From Candidatus Microgenomatus sp. (lineage in GTDB: Bacteria; Patescibacteriota; Microgenomatia; UBA8517): DNA of 64,000 nucleotides. The notes under the pieces were generated by a model that saw nothing but the letters and a program-made list of their open reading frames with translations, searched no databases and was not told where the DNA came from. Below are positions 36,838 through 47,050 of this stretch, in pieces (positions within the stretch are counted from its first letter, which is position 1; each line of letters begins with the position of its first letter). Where the stretch lies: positions 9,564 to 73,563 of the forward strand of contig DYGT01000004.1 in the NCBI GenBank assembly GCA_020724555.1, read 5' to 3'. A program made the translations under genes and the position numbers.

Positions 36838-38507
36838 TGAATAAATTTAAAAAATACTTAATCTATATAATCTTTTTTGTTATTTTACTCCTTGCTTTTG
36901 TAACGCGTTTTTATAAATTGGGCCAGGCTCCCGCTGGTCTTTATTTAGACGAAGCGGCACAAGGTTACAATGCATATTCAATTTTAAAAACAGGCAAAGA
37001 CGAATTCGGAAAAGGTTTTCCGATAATTTTCAGGTCATTTAATGATTTTAAAACACCTGTTTATATTTATCTGATCACTCCGCTTATACCAATTTTTGGA
37101 TTAACTAAATTTACTGTTCGTTTTCCGTCTTTTCTCTTCAGCCTTTTAACTTTTCCCTACTTATACTTACTTATTAGCAACATCACAAACAAAAAACTTG
37201 CCAAAAAACTGGCATTATTAACATCTCTTTTGCTTGCAATTTCCCCTTGGCATATTTTATTTGGCAGAACGAACTTTGAATGCAATGTTGCCCTATTTTT
37301 CTTCATTGCCGGATCATATTATTTTTTTATTGGTCTTAATAAGCCAAAATATCTGATTTTATCGGCCCTATTTTGGGCACTGGCAATCCCGAGCTACCAT
37401 TCACAACGCATCATAACGCCCATTATGATGCTTGTGCTTTTATTTAAATACAAAAACCAACTTTTAAAAGATGGCTCCCGAAAATACATTTTATACGGCT
37501 GTTTGCTGGGGTTTATAATTTTGCTTCCAACATTGTTAGTTTCATTTACTCCGGGTTTTTTATCCCGGGCTACCACTTTAAATATCTTTAAAACTTCACC
37601 GGTGGGAATTATTGATACCAAAAGCATTTTCTCTTTTATCATTAACAATAAAATTTACCTAAACGTAAGGGAATTTATGTCTTTGTATATATCTTATTTC
37701 TCTCCTATAAATATGTTTGTTTTAGGAGATTACGGTTTGCGAAGTTCTTTTCCTGCTCTTTCAACTTTTTTTGTGTGGCAGGCGCCTTTTTACTTTATCG
37801 GACTGTACTACCTTCTTAAAGATAAAAATCTTGGAAAAATCAGGCACTACACAATAAGTCTGCTTTTAATCGCACCCATTCCGGCTGCCGTCACCCGTGA
37901 TCCGTACACAACAATACGTGCTTTACCTTTAGTTATACCGCAATTAATCGCTATTTCCCTGGGAATCATCTTTGTTTATGAAAAGCTTGCAAAACAATGG
38001 ATTAAAATAGCTGCCATAATTTTATTTTTGTCCACGGTCGGCTACAGCCTTCTTAAGCTATATAGTTCAGTAATAGTCCTTAACGAATATTATCGTGCAC
38101 CGTATTGGAACTATGGCTGGGAAAAAGTCGTTGATTCCATAAAACTACACGCCGGAGAGATGCCGGTGGTCGTGGACGACGCCAGAGGTGAACCATATAG
38201 CCAAATTGTCTTTTTTCTAAAATATGACCCTGAGGATTTTCAGGCCAAAAACACTATAGATTTAAAAAATTACTACACCGACATGAGCAGAAGAAAAAGC
38301 AAAACTATTGGCAATATAGAAACCCGGGGAATCAACTGGGAACACGATTTAAAAAAAGAACAAATTCTGGTTGGGGATTCTCTGGCTATCTCCCGAGAAC
38401 AAATAGAAAGACACAATTTAACTTTATTAGATGAAATTTTATTTCCGGATGGCTCTGTGGCTTTTAGAATAGTTCGCACCAACCAAGAGGCCAAAGACAG
38501 CAATTAA
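36834..38507 (+). CDS. GT39/PMT/ArnT-like GT-C membrane glycosyltransferase, family A paralog A8 (the only plus-strand one)
   Basis: YLDEAAQGYNAYSILKTGKDEFG; FNDFKTPVYIYL; LIAPIPAAVTRDPYTTIRA; C-terminal FPDGSVAFRIV. Confidence 0.75.
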   Translation: MMNKFKKYLIYIIFFVILLLAFVTRFYKLGQAPAGLYLDEAAQGYNAYSILKTGKDEFGKGFPIIFRSFNDFKTPVYIYLITPLIPIFGLTKFTVRFPSFLFSLLTFPYLYLLISNITNKKLAKKLALLTSLLLAISPWHILFGRTNFECNVALFFFIAGSYYFFIGLNKPKYLILSALFWALAIPSYHSQRIITPIMMLVLLFKYKNQLLKDGSRKYILYGCLLGFIILLPTLLVSFTPGFLSRATTLNIFKTSPVGIIDTKSIFSFIINNKIYLNVREFMSLYISYFSPINMFVLGDYGLRSSFPALSTFFVWQAPFYFIGLYYLLKDKNLGKIRHYTISLLLIAPIPAAVTRDPYTTIRALPLVIPQLIAISLGIIFVYEKLAKQWIKIAAIILFLSTVGYSLLKLYSSVIVLNEYYRAPYWNYGWEKVVDSIKLHAGEMPVVVDDARGEPYSQIVFFLKYDPEDFQAKNTIDLKNYYTDMSRRKSKTIGNIETRGINWEHDLKKEQILVGDSLAISREQIERHNLTLLDEILFPDGSVAFRIVRTNQEAKDSN

Positions 38508-40091
38508 AGACACCAAGCTAATGATATCAACCAACGCCCTACTTCTGGTCTCTTTCCACTTTACATAAACTTTGTGTTTGCCGGGGGACAGGAAAAAAGT
38601 GATTTGGCCATAGGGCTCTCCGGGTGTAGTTTTAACTTCAGTTCCGTCTACTTTTGTCACCCAACCTGGGAAATAATACGCCCAGAAGGTGAAAGTCGAA
38701 TCCTTTTCGGCTAACACTTCAAACTCATAGTGGATATCAGAAATTTTCTTGGTTTCAAATATCTGTCCATTTGTAATTTCAGCTTTACTTTCAAAGGGCC
38801 TTTCCGGGCGCTTGTCTGCCCATTTGGGTAAAAGCAAATAATCTTCGCTGTAGTTAGGGTCGTTAAAAAAACGCTCCAAATAATAAGCGTCGGACTTATA
38901 AACAACTTCTGCAGGTCTAAAGTAATTAAAAGTTAATATCAAAGAAAAAGTTATAAAAATTAAGGCAAATATTTTTTCGTTTTTTGTGTTATCTAAAAAT
39001 ATTGCTAAAGAAATAGCAGAAAAAAATCCGGTTAAAAACAAAAGCCTCCAGGGAAACTGGATAAAACCATAAAAAGGTATTACTCTCCAAATGGGATAAG
39101 TCCTTATGTTCATAAACAAAACGCTTATGGCAAAACCGAATATTGTAAGTAAAGCCAATGTCAATTGCTTTGTTTTTTTTCTTTTTAAGAAAATCAAGAT
39201 TCCCAGCGATAAAACGGCAGCCATGTTTACAATCCCTAACTGAAATGAAATCTCGTCCCCGGGTCCCCATACGGAACTGCCATAACCCCAGCTAGGCAAA
39301 AGCAGTTGTTTTATAAAAGGGAAATGGTCAACCAATAAAAAAGGCGTTTTATCTGCCACTAAACCCTGATCCATAAGCGCCGGCAGCCACCAATAAATAG
39401 TGATCAAAGCCGAAGAAAATGCACTAAGAATTAATTTTCCCAAAATCTTTAATCTATCCTTTTGTTTGTAGATTTCGAAAATTGCCAATATCCCCAAAAA
39501 AGGTATTGTTAATACCCACAAATAATTATGCGATAATAAATAAATACTTAAAACAAGGCTGAATATTGAAAAATTTTTGATGTTTGTCTTTCTGATTAGC
39601 CTTACTAAACCCCATGCGACAAGTGGCAAAATTGCAATGATTAATACCTCTCCCATCGCTCCACGCACATATAGTTGTACGGCTCTGTAGGGCGTGTATA
39701 AATACAATAAGGCACCGGCCAGGGATGCTATTTTGTCCATATAAAGTCGCAAAAACCCATACATGCTGTAAAGAGATACAAATATACTTGTAAGAAAAAC
39801 CAATTTAAAAGCCAAGGTGAGACTGCCCAATAACGAGTAATATAAAGCCCCGAGATAAAAAGGAAAAACGTAATAAAAATGGAATAAAGGATATCCCAAA
39901 CCCCAGGTAAAATCCGGCCCTAACCGCGGCGGCAACTGCCCAGCAAAAAAAGCGCGGTACATCTCATAAATATCGGCTAAATGGTGTAGGTCATGGGGCT
40001 CGTAAAATCCGGGTAACAAAAGCGGCAGACCCGCTGGAATCGCACCAAAAGTTAATATTATTAATGGCCAGTATTTTTTTAAGTATTTCAT
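38439..40091 (-). CDS. Polytopic membrane protein, family B paralog B1 (GT-C-like candidate)
   Basis: PGFYEPHDLHHLADIYEMYRAFFAGQLPPRLGPDFTWGLGYP; late FIQFPWRLLFL. 550 aa. Confidence 0.5.
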   Translation of the reverse strand: MKYLKKYWPLIILTFGAIPAGLPLLLPGFYEPHDLHHLADIYEMYRAFFAGQLPPRLGPDFTWGLGYPLFHFYYVFPFYLGALYYSLLGSLTLAFKLVFLTSIFVSLYSMYGFLRLYMDKIASLAGALLYLYTPYRAVQLYVRGAMGEVLIIAILPLVAWGLVRLIRKTNIKNFSIFSLVLSIYLLSHNYLWVLTIPFLGILAIFEIYKQKDRLKILGKLILSAFSSALITIYWWLPALMDQGLVADKTPFLLVDHFPFIKQLLLPSWGYGSSVWGPGDEISFQLGIVNMAAVLSLGILIFLKRKKTKQLTLALLTIFGFAISVLFMNIRTYPIWRVIPFYGFIQFPWRLLFLTGFFSAISLAIFLDNTKNEKIFALIFITFSLILTFNYFRPAEVVYKSDAYYLERFFNDPNYSEDYLLLPKWADKRPERPFESKAEITNGQIFETKKISDIHYEFEVLAEKDSTFTFWAYYFPGWVTKVDGTEVKTTPGEPYGQITFFLSPGKHKVYVKWKETRSRALVDIISLVSLIAVFGLLVGANYSKSHRAIRK

Positions 40092-41750
40092 CTAAGTGTA
40101 GTCAAAAATCTTTTTCTTATTTTTAATCCAAATACCGGAAATTACAACAAAAATAAAGGTAATAATGGTAAAAAGGTCTGCTAACGCTCGAAACCGGGTT
40201 TCTTCAAAAAACCCACGCACCATATATGTACCGGGTTCCAAATTAAGAGAAATTAACCCAAGCTCCCGCGTGGGGATAATTTGCTGTTTTTCATTTTCCA
40301 AATAAACGTTCCATCCCGGGAAATAAATTACCGGAACAGCGATCTCTGCCGCAGTGTAGACTTTTGCGTCAAAAAAGAAATAGTTTGATTTTTTTGTAAA
40401 ATTTAAAGTCTCAGCTTCTCCCGTAAGTACTAAAGCATGGTTTGGTGCCAATGCCTTTGGATTAGTTGAGGCAGTTTTCGGCAAATAATCAAGTACAGCT
40501 GACCCTTGTTGCTTTATTAAGTTTCTGCCCGTTAATTTGCTAATATCCGTTTCATTAGGATAGTGGTGCTCGGCTCTAAAATAGCCGTGATACAAAAGTA
40601 TCGGTACAACCAAAACCATAGCCACAATTGCTTTTGATATTTTGCTATTTAAGACAGAACCCGACACAAAGGACAACAAAAAAATACTTATTCCCAAAAA
40701 ACGCCAGGGAAACTGGACAAACTCCAAAAACGGCAAGCTCTGCCAAATAAAGCTTGAGCGACCGTGTGTCATGAAGGTTGAAAGTGAAACTCCGAGCAAC
40801 AAAACCCAAATTAGGGCAAATTTTGTTTTATCTTTTTTCCAAAATTTTAGCGACAATAATGCAGCCAAAACCGCGGTCAAGCTATGAAACCAGCCAATTT
40901 GAAAAGACATGCCATCCTCCGGTCCAAAAACAGAACCCCCAAACCCCCAGGATCGCTCAAAAAAAAGCTGTTTTAATGAAACGAAGTGTGCATGAAAATC
41001 ATAATATTCATCAATAAATAATTCAGTTTGGATCAAATTGCGCTCAAAAAACGCAGGGAACAAAAAAAAGGCAGACAGACCAAATGCCAATATAAGCGCA
41101 AACCCATAATCAATAAGTAAACTTGCCCTTTTTGTCTTTAGAAATAAATAAGCAGTCCAAATGACGGTAAAAGGCGCAAACATCACTAAAGATATATTGT
41201 GTGTCATAAACAAAAACCCCAAACTAATGCTTGTGTACAAAACATATTTCCAGCGTCTTTTTGTAGAGAGTAAATATAATCCATGCCAAACAAATGGCAA
41301 CAGCATAAGTGCAAAACTTTCAGCCAAGGCTCCACGCACATAGATGTCGAGCGCATGATAGGGCGCATAAACATACAAAAGTGCAGAAAACAGCGCTCCT
41401 CTATTTCCCCAAAATTCACGCGCAAAAATATACATGCCAATGCCCGACCCCAAAAGAGATATTAAAAACAATGCCTTTACGGCAGTAATATAAGACAATG
41501 AAAACTTGACTAAAATAGCGCCCAGATAATAGGGAAAGGCACTGTAATAATTAAACATCGCCTGGCCATAACCCCATGCCATATCTGGTGAATAGCGGCA
41601 CGGTATTTGCCCGTCCATTAAGCATTTATCCATCTGCCAAAGACGCATCACCTGTAAATCATCGTGCATACTGAAATAACCCGGGCGAAGCAAATACCAC
41701 CATGCCGGTATAGTCAATATTAAAAAAATGATTAAATATTTTTTAAACAT
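40092..41750 (-). CDS. Polytopic membrane protein, family B paralog B2 (GT-C-like candidate)
   Basis: PGYFSMHDDLQVMRLWQMDKCLMDGQIPCRYSPDMAWGYGQ; FVQFPWRFLGI. Confidence 0.5.
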   Translation of the reverse strand: MFKKYLIIFLILTIPAWWYLLRPGYFSMHDDLQVMRLWQMDKCLMDGQIPCRYSPDMAWGYGQAMFNYYSAFPYYLGAILVKFSLSYITAVKALFLISLLGSGIGMYIFAREFWGNRGALFSALLYVYAPYHALDIYVRGALAESFALMLLPFVWHGLYLLSTKRRWKYVLYTSISLGFLFMTHNISLVMFAPFTVIWTAYLFLKTKRASLLIDYGFALILAFGLSAFFLFPAFFERNLIQTELFIDEYYDFHAHFVSLKQLFFERSWGFGGSVFGPEDGMSFQIGWFHSLTAVLAALLSLKFWKKDKTKFALIWVLLLGVSLSTFMTHGRSSFIWQSLPFLEFVQFPWRFLGISIFLLSFVSGSVLNSKISKAIVAMVLVVPILLYHGYFRAEHHYPNETDISKLTGRNLIKQQGSAVLDYLPKTASTNPKALAPNHALVLTGEAETLNFTKKSNYFFFDAKVYTAAEIAVPVIYFPGWNVYLENEKQQIIPTRELGLISLNLEPGTYMVRGFFEETRFRALADLFTIITFIFVVISGIWIKNKKKIFDYT

Positions 41751-43395
41751 GTTTAAATTTATACCAATAAAGCACCAAAGCTAATACGCTTGCCACAGTT
41801 AAAGCATTTGCAATTTTGCGGATAGGGGTGTCCACCAATTCCAAATACAAGGCATATTCTCCCCGACCCAGGGTAAAAGAAGGCAAACCAAGCGGGTTAT
41901 CGTAGCTAAATTTTGTTTTTTGCCCGTTAACATAAAGATTTGTCTCCGGAAAATAATATTGCGGTAAACTAATGACGGCACTATCGGATATGACCGAGAT
42001 GTTATAGTTTATCCAGTCCGTACCTCTTTTTTGGGAATTGACTAATAATTGCCCTTGTTCAACAATCGGCCCGTCAGGTGCCTTATCGTTCGGAGGCTCA
42101 GTGGCATAAATCGGTAAATAATCAAAAATGCTTATTGTTTGTTGTTTATCCCAAAGTTCACCTGAAAATTTTTCTTTGTCCGTCATGGCTACTATTTTTT
42201 CCGGTTTAAAAAAAGAAAAATTAAATAACGCCAAAAAAACAACAACCATTGCCAATGGCAGTAACTTTGGCTTTAAATAATCTCCAAATAATCCCGCCAG
42301 CAGCGAAATAAACAAAATGGCTAAAGTTAAAAACCGCCAGGGAAACTGGACAAATGACAATACTGGAAATAACCCCCAAATAAAATTCGAGCGGCTATGA
42401 GTCATAAATATGCTCAAGAAAAAAAGAAATAATACAAAAATAAAAAGCTTCAGATTTTCAGATTTCCTTAAAACAATAAGGGACAAAAGCGAAATAACGG
42501 CAAAAATTATGTGAGCCATGCCTAAACCCAAAAATAACTCATCTTTCGGCCCCAAATCGCTTGTCCCATAACCCCAAAAAGTACGGACAAAAAGCTGGGA
42601 GAGGCTTAAAAAATGCCGCTTATAATCAAAATATCCCATGGTTATAGTATCAATATGTACATATTTTTTCTCAAACCAAGCAGGAAGCAAATAAAAAGCG
42701 GATAGTCCAACTCCCCCAAGCACGGCGCATATTAAATTAAAAATAGATTTTTTAATATTACTTTTGTTTTGTAGCAAAAAATATCCGGCCCAAAGGGCAA
42801 AAAAGGGGGCAGCAATTAAGCTTGTGATATTATGCGTCATCAGCAAAAATGCAAAAAACACGCTTAAACCAAGTGTCGCGTGCTTTTTGTTTTCAATTAC
42901 CCGTTTTGTGTACAAAAATATGAATGGTAAGAAACTCATAGCCCAAAATTCGCCCACAGCACCCCTGACATACATATCTACCGCACGGTAAGGGGCATAC
43001 ACAAAAAACAAAACCGCCAGCATACTTGCCGTTTTATTGAAAAATTCACGCGCCAACAAATACATGCTTATGGCCGATATGGGGATAGTTATAATAAACC
43101 CGACTTTTACGCTGTCGATAATGCTTATTCCTAAAAAAGTTAATGCAGCCATAAAGTAATAAGGCAGAGGACCATAAAAATTAAACTGTGGATAACCGTA
43201 ACCATACCCCATGTCCGGCACCCACCGGCAAGGGATTTGCCCGTCTAAAATACATTTACGCATCTCTAGCGTGCGCATTGCCTGCATGTCGTCGTGCATA
43301 GGAAAATATCCGGGCTTTGCGATACTCCAAAAGGAAGGGAGCAATAGAATTACTAAAATTATAAAAAACAAATTTTTTTTAAGAAGCCTTTTCAT
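41743..43395 (-). CDS. Polytopic membrane protein, family B paralog B3 (GT-C-like candidate)
   Basis: PGYFPMHDDMQAMRTLEMRKCILDGQIPCRWVPDMGYGYGYP; FVQFPWRFLTL. Confidence 0.5.
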   Translation of the reverse strand: MKRLLKKNLFFIILVILLLPSFWSIAKPGYFPMHDDMQAMRTLEMRKCILDGQIPCRWVPDMGYGYGYPQFNFYGPLPYYFMAALTFLGISIIDSVKVGFIITIPISAISMYLLAREFFNKTASMLAVLFFVYAPYRAVDMYVRGAVGEFWAMSFLPFIFLYTKRVIENKKHATLGLSVFFAFLLMTHNITSLIAAPFFALWAGYFLLQNKSNIKKSIFNLICAVLGGVGLSAFYLLPAWFEKKYVHIDTITMGYFDYKRHFLSLSQLFVRTFWGYGTSDLGPKDELFLGLGMAHIIFAVISLLSLIVLRKSENLKLFIFVLFLFFLSIFMTHSRSNFIWGLFPVLSFVQFPWRFLTLAILFISLLAGLFGDYLKPKLLPLAMVVVFLALFNFSFFKPEKIVAMTDKEKFSGELWDKQQTISIFDYLPIYATEPPNDKAPDGPIVEQGQLLVNSQKRGTDWINYNISVISDSAVISLPQYYFPETNLYVNGQKTKFSYDNPLGLPSFTLGRGEYALYLELVDTPIRKIANALTVASVLALVLYWYKFKHV

Positions 43396-44107
43396 ATTTT
43401 CCTTGAATATTCCACCAACGTATCAGCAAAAGGTCACGAAGCGATGTGACAACGGCGTCAAACAATTTCACTTTTGTATCTTTTCGATTCTTCCAGGCAA
43501 CGGGGATTTCTTTAATTTCATACCCATATTTGTGAGCTAAAAACAAGATTTCGGCGTCATATACCCAGCGATTGATCAATGCATGGGAGAAAATATCTTT
43601 GGCAGCAGCCCTTCTAAATCCTTTAAAACCGCAGGTAAAATCTGATAAATTTACGCCCATAATCGTCCTTGTTAAAGTTGTAAATACTTTTCCCATCGAT
43701 TCGCGGGCAATTGGTTGATGAACGACAATATCCGAGCCTTTAGTTCTTCTGGAAGCAATTGCTACATCCGTTGATTTTAGGGCTTCCAAAAAATCTTTTA
43801 CTTTTTTTATATCAACCGACAAGTCTACATCAGAAAAGATTATGTAATGACCCTCTGCTGCCTGCATCCCTTTTTTAAGGGCAGCGCCTTTACCCATGTT
43901 TTTGCCTGATTTTAGTAGCTTTACATTTTTATTTCCATATTTTCTGACGATCGCAGCAGTTTTATCTCTTGAACCATCATCAACTACGATTATTTCCCAG
44001 TTTAGATTTAACTTAGTCAAGTACGCTACACTTCTATCCAAGGTATTTTGGATAATATTTTCTTCGTTATATGCCGGAAATATTAAGGTTAAATCAGGAT
44101 TTTTCAT
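43379..44107 (-). CDS. GT2 polyprenyl-phosphate sugar synthase (DPM1/GtrB-like)
   Basis: LTLIFPAYNEENII; WEIIVVDDGSRDKTAAIV; GKGAALKKGM; SDVDLS. Confidence 0.8.
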   Translation of the reverse strand: MKNPDLTLIFPAYNEENIIQNTLDRSVAYLTKLNLNWEIIVVDDGSRDKTAAIVRKYGNKNVKLLKSGKNMGKGAALKKGMQAAEGHYIIFSDVDLSVDIKKVKDFLEALKSTDVAIASRRTKGSDIVVHQPIARESMGKVFTTLTRTIMGVNLSDFTCGFKGFRRAAAKDIFSHALINRWVYDAEILFLAHKYGYEIKEIPVAWKNRKDTKVKLFDAVVTSLRDLLLIRWWNIQGKYEKAS

Positions 44108-45362
44108 AAATTGCCTTTAGAGATATATAAAAAGAAGAAGCCGCAAATATGCTTCTGACTATACTTTTAACCATAAAAACATCGATATAGTGGGATAGGA
44201 TTTTGTCTAAAGGTTTAGCTTGTAAAATTTTAGGAAATAGCGGGTTAAACAATCCAAATGAAAGTGAGGGTTCAAACAAAAACGTCAAAACCAGCCAGCT
44301 TATAAATATGACCGCCACCAACTCCCACATATAAAAATTATTTTTTACTAAAAACCATATCAGCAGTGGGCTCGCCCACACAAACCATTGGGGGTGAAAA
44401 TGGCTTACGGAAAAAATTAACAACAAGGCGGCCAGATACAATCCGTTTAAAGAAACGCGGTGTCTTTGGTAATAAACTAAAAAATATAATACAAACAATA
44501 AAAGTACAAATGGATAAACCACCTCGGCGGCCGTAACATTAAGCCCCATAAATAGCATTTTTTGGCTTTTGGGAGAAAATAAAACCATGCTGCGGAAAGC
44601 GCTTGAACCTAAAAAAGGCAGGATTGTTATAACAAATGGGGTTAAGCCTAAAAGAATCAGCTTAAATCTTGATAAAAATTTACCCGATAAATAAAAGGCT
44701 GCAAGGGGCAACAACAAAAGCGGATACAATTTATACGCCCCTCCGATTCCCAGACTGACCACCGCTAAGTTAGGCTTCTGTTTTTTAACAAAATAAAGCG
44801 AGAGCACAACAAAAAAAGTGGGCAAAATATCGAGCTGCCCGATCATAAAAGTGGCGTATATCGTCAGCGGATTAAACATCCAAAAAGCAAACGCTTTTAT
44901 TTTTTGTTTTTTATCAGAAAACAAGCTAGAAAGCATAAAGGCTATCCCGATATCAAAAAACAAATATGGTAATTTATAAAACAAGAGGTGGCGATAAAGG
45001 CCCTGATATTCATAAACATTATCCAGATTACTCCAAAGCCATGGAATAAAATTATTATCTGTAAACGGAGCGACTAAGATCCGAAATAACCCAAGCGTAA
45101 AATATGTAAGAGGTGGATAGATAAAAATATCAGAAACCCCGAAATTTAAAACCAAAGGGTGTTCAGGGGGAAGACTTAGCAAGTACTCGTAGATATTAAA
45201 TACGCCCTCGGAAGAAAAAAAATATGCCGTAAAGCTGTGCCCCCAAAGGTCCGGGTGCAGGGTTATAGGCATTAAAATTAGCCTGAGCATTATTCCCAGA
45301 ATAGCCATTTTAAACCACCAAAAATTTTCTGTTTTTTTCATATTTTTAAAGTTTATCATCAT
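44094..45362 (-). CDS. Polytopic membrane protein, family E paralog E2
   Basis: LHPDLWGHSFTAYFFSSEGVFNIYEY. 422 aa, many TM segments. Confidence 0.45.
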   Translation of the reverse strand: MMINFKNMKKTENFWWFKMAILGIMLRLILMPITLHPDLWGHSFTAYFFSSEGVFNIYEYLLSLPPEHPLVLNFGVSDIFIYPPLTYFTLGLFRILVAPFTDNNFIPWLWSNLDNVYEYQGLYRHLLFYKLPYLFFDIGIAFMLSSLFSDKKQKIKAFAFWMFNPLTIYATFMIGQLDILPTFFVVLSLYFVKKQKPNLAVVSLGIGGAYKLYPLLLLPLAAFYLSGKFLSRFKLILLGLTPFVITILPFLGSSAFRSMVLFSPKSQKMLFMGLNVTAAEVVYPFVLLLFVLYFLVYYQRHRVSLNGLYLAALLLIFSVSHFHPQWFVWASPLLIWFLVKNNFYMWELVAVIFISWLVLTFLFEPSLSFGLFNPLFPKILQAKPLDKILSHYIDVFMVKSIVRSIFAASSFYISLKAIYEKS

Positions 45363-46926
45363 TCATGCTTGTTTCCGACATAAGCTCAAAAAGATAAAAA
45401 GTATCATATTCTCCGTGTTTATGAAATTCAAAAATATCTTGGGGGCGCAAAGCTTTTTTAAATTCTTTTACAATACGAAGGTTATGATTTTCAAAATCAG
45501 AAAACTTTAGCCTCGAACTGTTCACTGCAAAATAGGTTAAATTACCGGCTTTTTTTGACTCAACAAGGCTCTCGGGAACTTCTTTAAAATCCAACCCGGT
45601 GCCGATTACCAAAACATTTGGCGTTCCCTGCAAATAAATTTGCATGCCGTCCGGAAGCGTACCAAAATAACCTTCCGTTCCCACAACTATTTTTTTGTCC
45701 GGATTTTCCGTTTGAATATCTTTAATTATGTCCGACGCTTCCTTAATACCCGTGCCCGATGTCCACTCTTCCAGATAACCGGACCGTTCGCTTCTGGGGA
45801 GATTGGCGGCGCTTGGGTTAGTTAAAAGTTTTTGATTATAAATAAAGGCCTGCAGTATAAATATGCCAAGTATTATTAGAGCAGCTTTTTTTAAATATAA
45901 TTTTTGAGTAGAAAAAAAACCGGCCGCTAATATATACAAAGGTGGAAGCGTAAACAAAATATAGCGTGCCGTAAATACCTTGGCATACATTGCCTGTATG
46001 CTTAGCGGAAACAAAAATAAAAATAAAAGCAAAAGTGTCTCACGCCATTTGCTTTTTATATTTAAAAATACGGCTCCAACGGCTAAAAACAAGATTGTTC
46101 CTGGTCCCATAATCCAAATCCACTCCAAAGCACGGTCAAGATGAGGAATAAACGGATCCATGGGATTTTGCCAAATATGACTGATGGGAAAAACATAGTC
46201 CTGAGTACGCGAGCTTAGCATATGAAAATTGGGGCCTAAGCGCTGAATGTTATATAAACAAAAAGCAAAAGTATAAATAACACCCACCAAAAACCCCAAT
46301 TGCAAAATGTTTATAAATATCTTTTTTTTAGGCCAAGGAAGGCTTAATATCCAAAACAAAGGCAGCATGATTGCTACAAATAAAGCCGGTGATTTAGTAA
46401 GACTGGTCAGCCCCAGAAACATACCTGTCATAATTGCGGTATCGATTCGTTTTGTTTTAGCGGTAAGGGCTGCAAACATAAAAGTCAGGGTTGTTAAAAA
46501 AGCCAAAAGAGAATCCACCAAAGCCATCCGGTCAAAAAACAGCGAAAAAGGCGATATTGCCCAAAGCAAAGAGGCTACAAGCGATACTTTTTTGTCGTTA
46601 AATAACAACTGGCTAAGTAAAAATATTGCTATCACAGTCCCCAACCCAGCTGCTACGGAAACCAATCTTCCGGCAACTAACGGGTCAGAGAATCGGTTTA
46701 CTAAAAACATTAAAACCCACATAAATAAAGGTTGTTTACCATCGGAAAGTGGCAAAAAACGAAGCGTCGGCTCGGCCGCCATCACTTGCGACCAGCGTAT
46801 ATAGATGGCTTCGTCTGCAAATATAGGTAAAATCGTTAGGTTAAAAATCCGAAGAAATAAAGCGATTAATAAAATTATGAGTAACACCGCCAAATAGGGC
46901 AACCAAGACATAATTTCTTTTCTCAT
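45346..46926 (-). CDS. ArnT/GT39-like GT-C membrane glycosyltransferase (A10) with a C-terminal extracytoplasmic domain
   Basis: ILPIFADEAIYIRWSQVMAAEPTLRFLPLSDGKQPLFMW parallels ArnT DEARYAEISREML...PHLNGLRYFEKPPLGYW. Confidence 0.6.
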   Translation of the reverse strand: MRKEIMSWLPYLAVLLIILLIALFLRIFNLTILPIFADEAIYIRWSQVMAAEPTLRFLPLSDGKQPLFMWVLMFLVNRFSDPLVAGRLVSVAAGLGTVIAIFLLSQLLFNDKKVSLVASLLWAISPFSLFFDRMALVDSLLAFLTTLTFMFAALTAKTKRIDTAIMTGMFLGLTSLTKSPALFVAIMLPLFWILSLPWPKKKIFINILQLGFLVGVIYTFAFCLYNIQRLGPNFHMLSSRTQDYVFPISHIWQNPMDPFIPHLDRALEWIWIMGPGTILFLAVGAVFLNIKSKWRETLLLLFLFLFPLSIQAMYAKVFTARYILFTLPPLYILAAGFFSTQKLYLKKAALIILGIFILQAFIYNQKLLTNPSAANLPRSERSGYLEEWTSGTGIKEASDIIKDIQTENPDKKIVVGTEGYFGTLPDGMQIYLQGTPNVLVIGTGLDFKEVPESLVESKKAGNLTYFAVNSSRLKFSDFENHNLRIVKEFKKALRPQDIFEFHKHGEYDTFYLFELMSETSMNDDKL

Positions 46927-47007
46927 TACTCTAAATTGTAGCGCAAACGAAGTTATTTAAAAATTGCATCTTTTTATTTTTTTTGTTTTTCTGGTCTAAA
47001 CGCTTTA

Positions 47008-47021
47008 ATGTATCGATACAT
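47008..47021. promoter_or_regulatory. Perfect 14-bp palindrome ATGTATCGATACAT in the only sizable intergenic gap (46927..47087) of the minus-strand gene string. Candidate operator or promoter element.
   Basis: Read directly from the sequence. It lies upstream, on the minus strand, of the start of 45346..46926. Confidence 0.3.
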
Positions 47022-47028
47022 CAATACA

Positions 47029-47050
47029 AATATAACAAAATATAACAAAA
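47029..47050. repeat. Short tandem direct repeat (ATATAACAAAA x2) in the intergenic gap
   Basis: aatataacaaaatataacaaaa read from the sequence. Confidence 0.4.

Noticed and set aside
47029-47050. CRISPR array
   Set aside because: The only direct repeats seen are 2 copies of 10-18 bp, at 47029..47050 and 54281..54316. There is no repeat-spacer periodicity and no cas genes.
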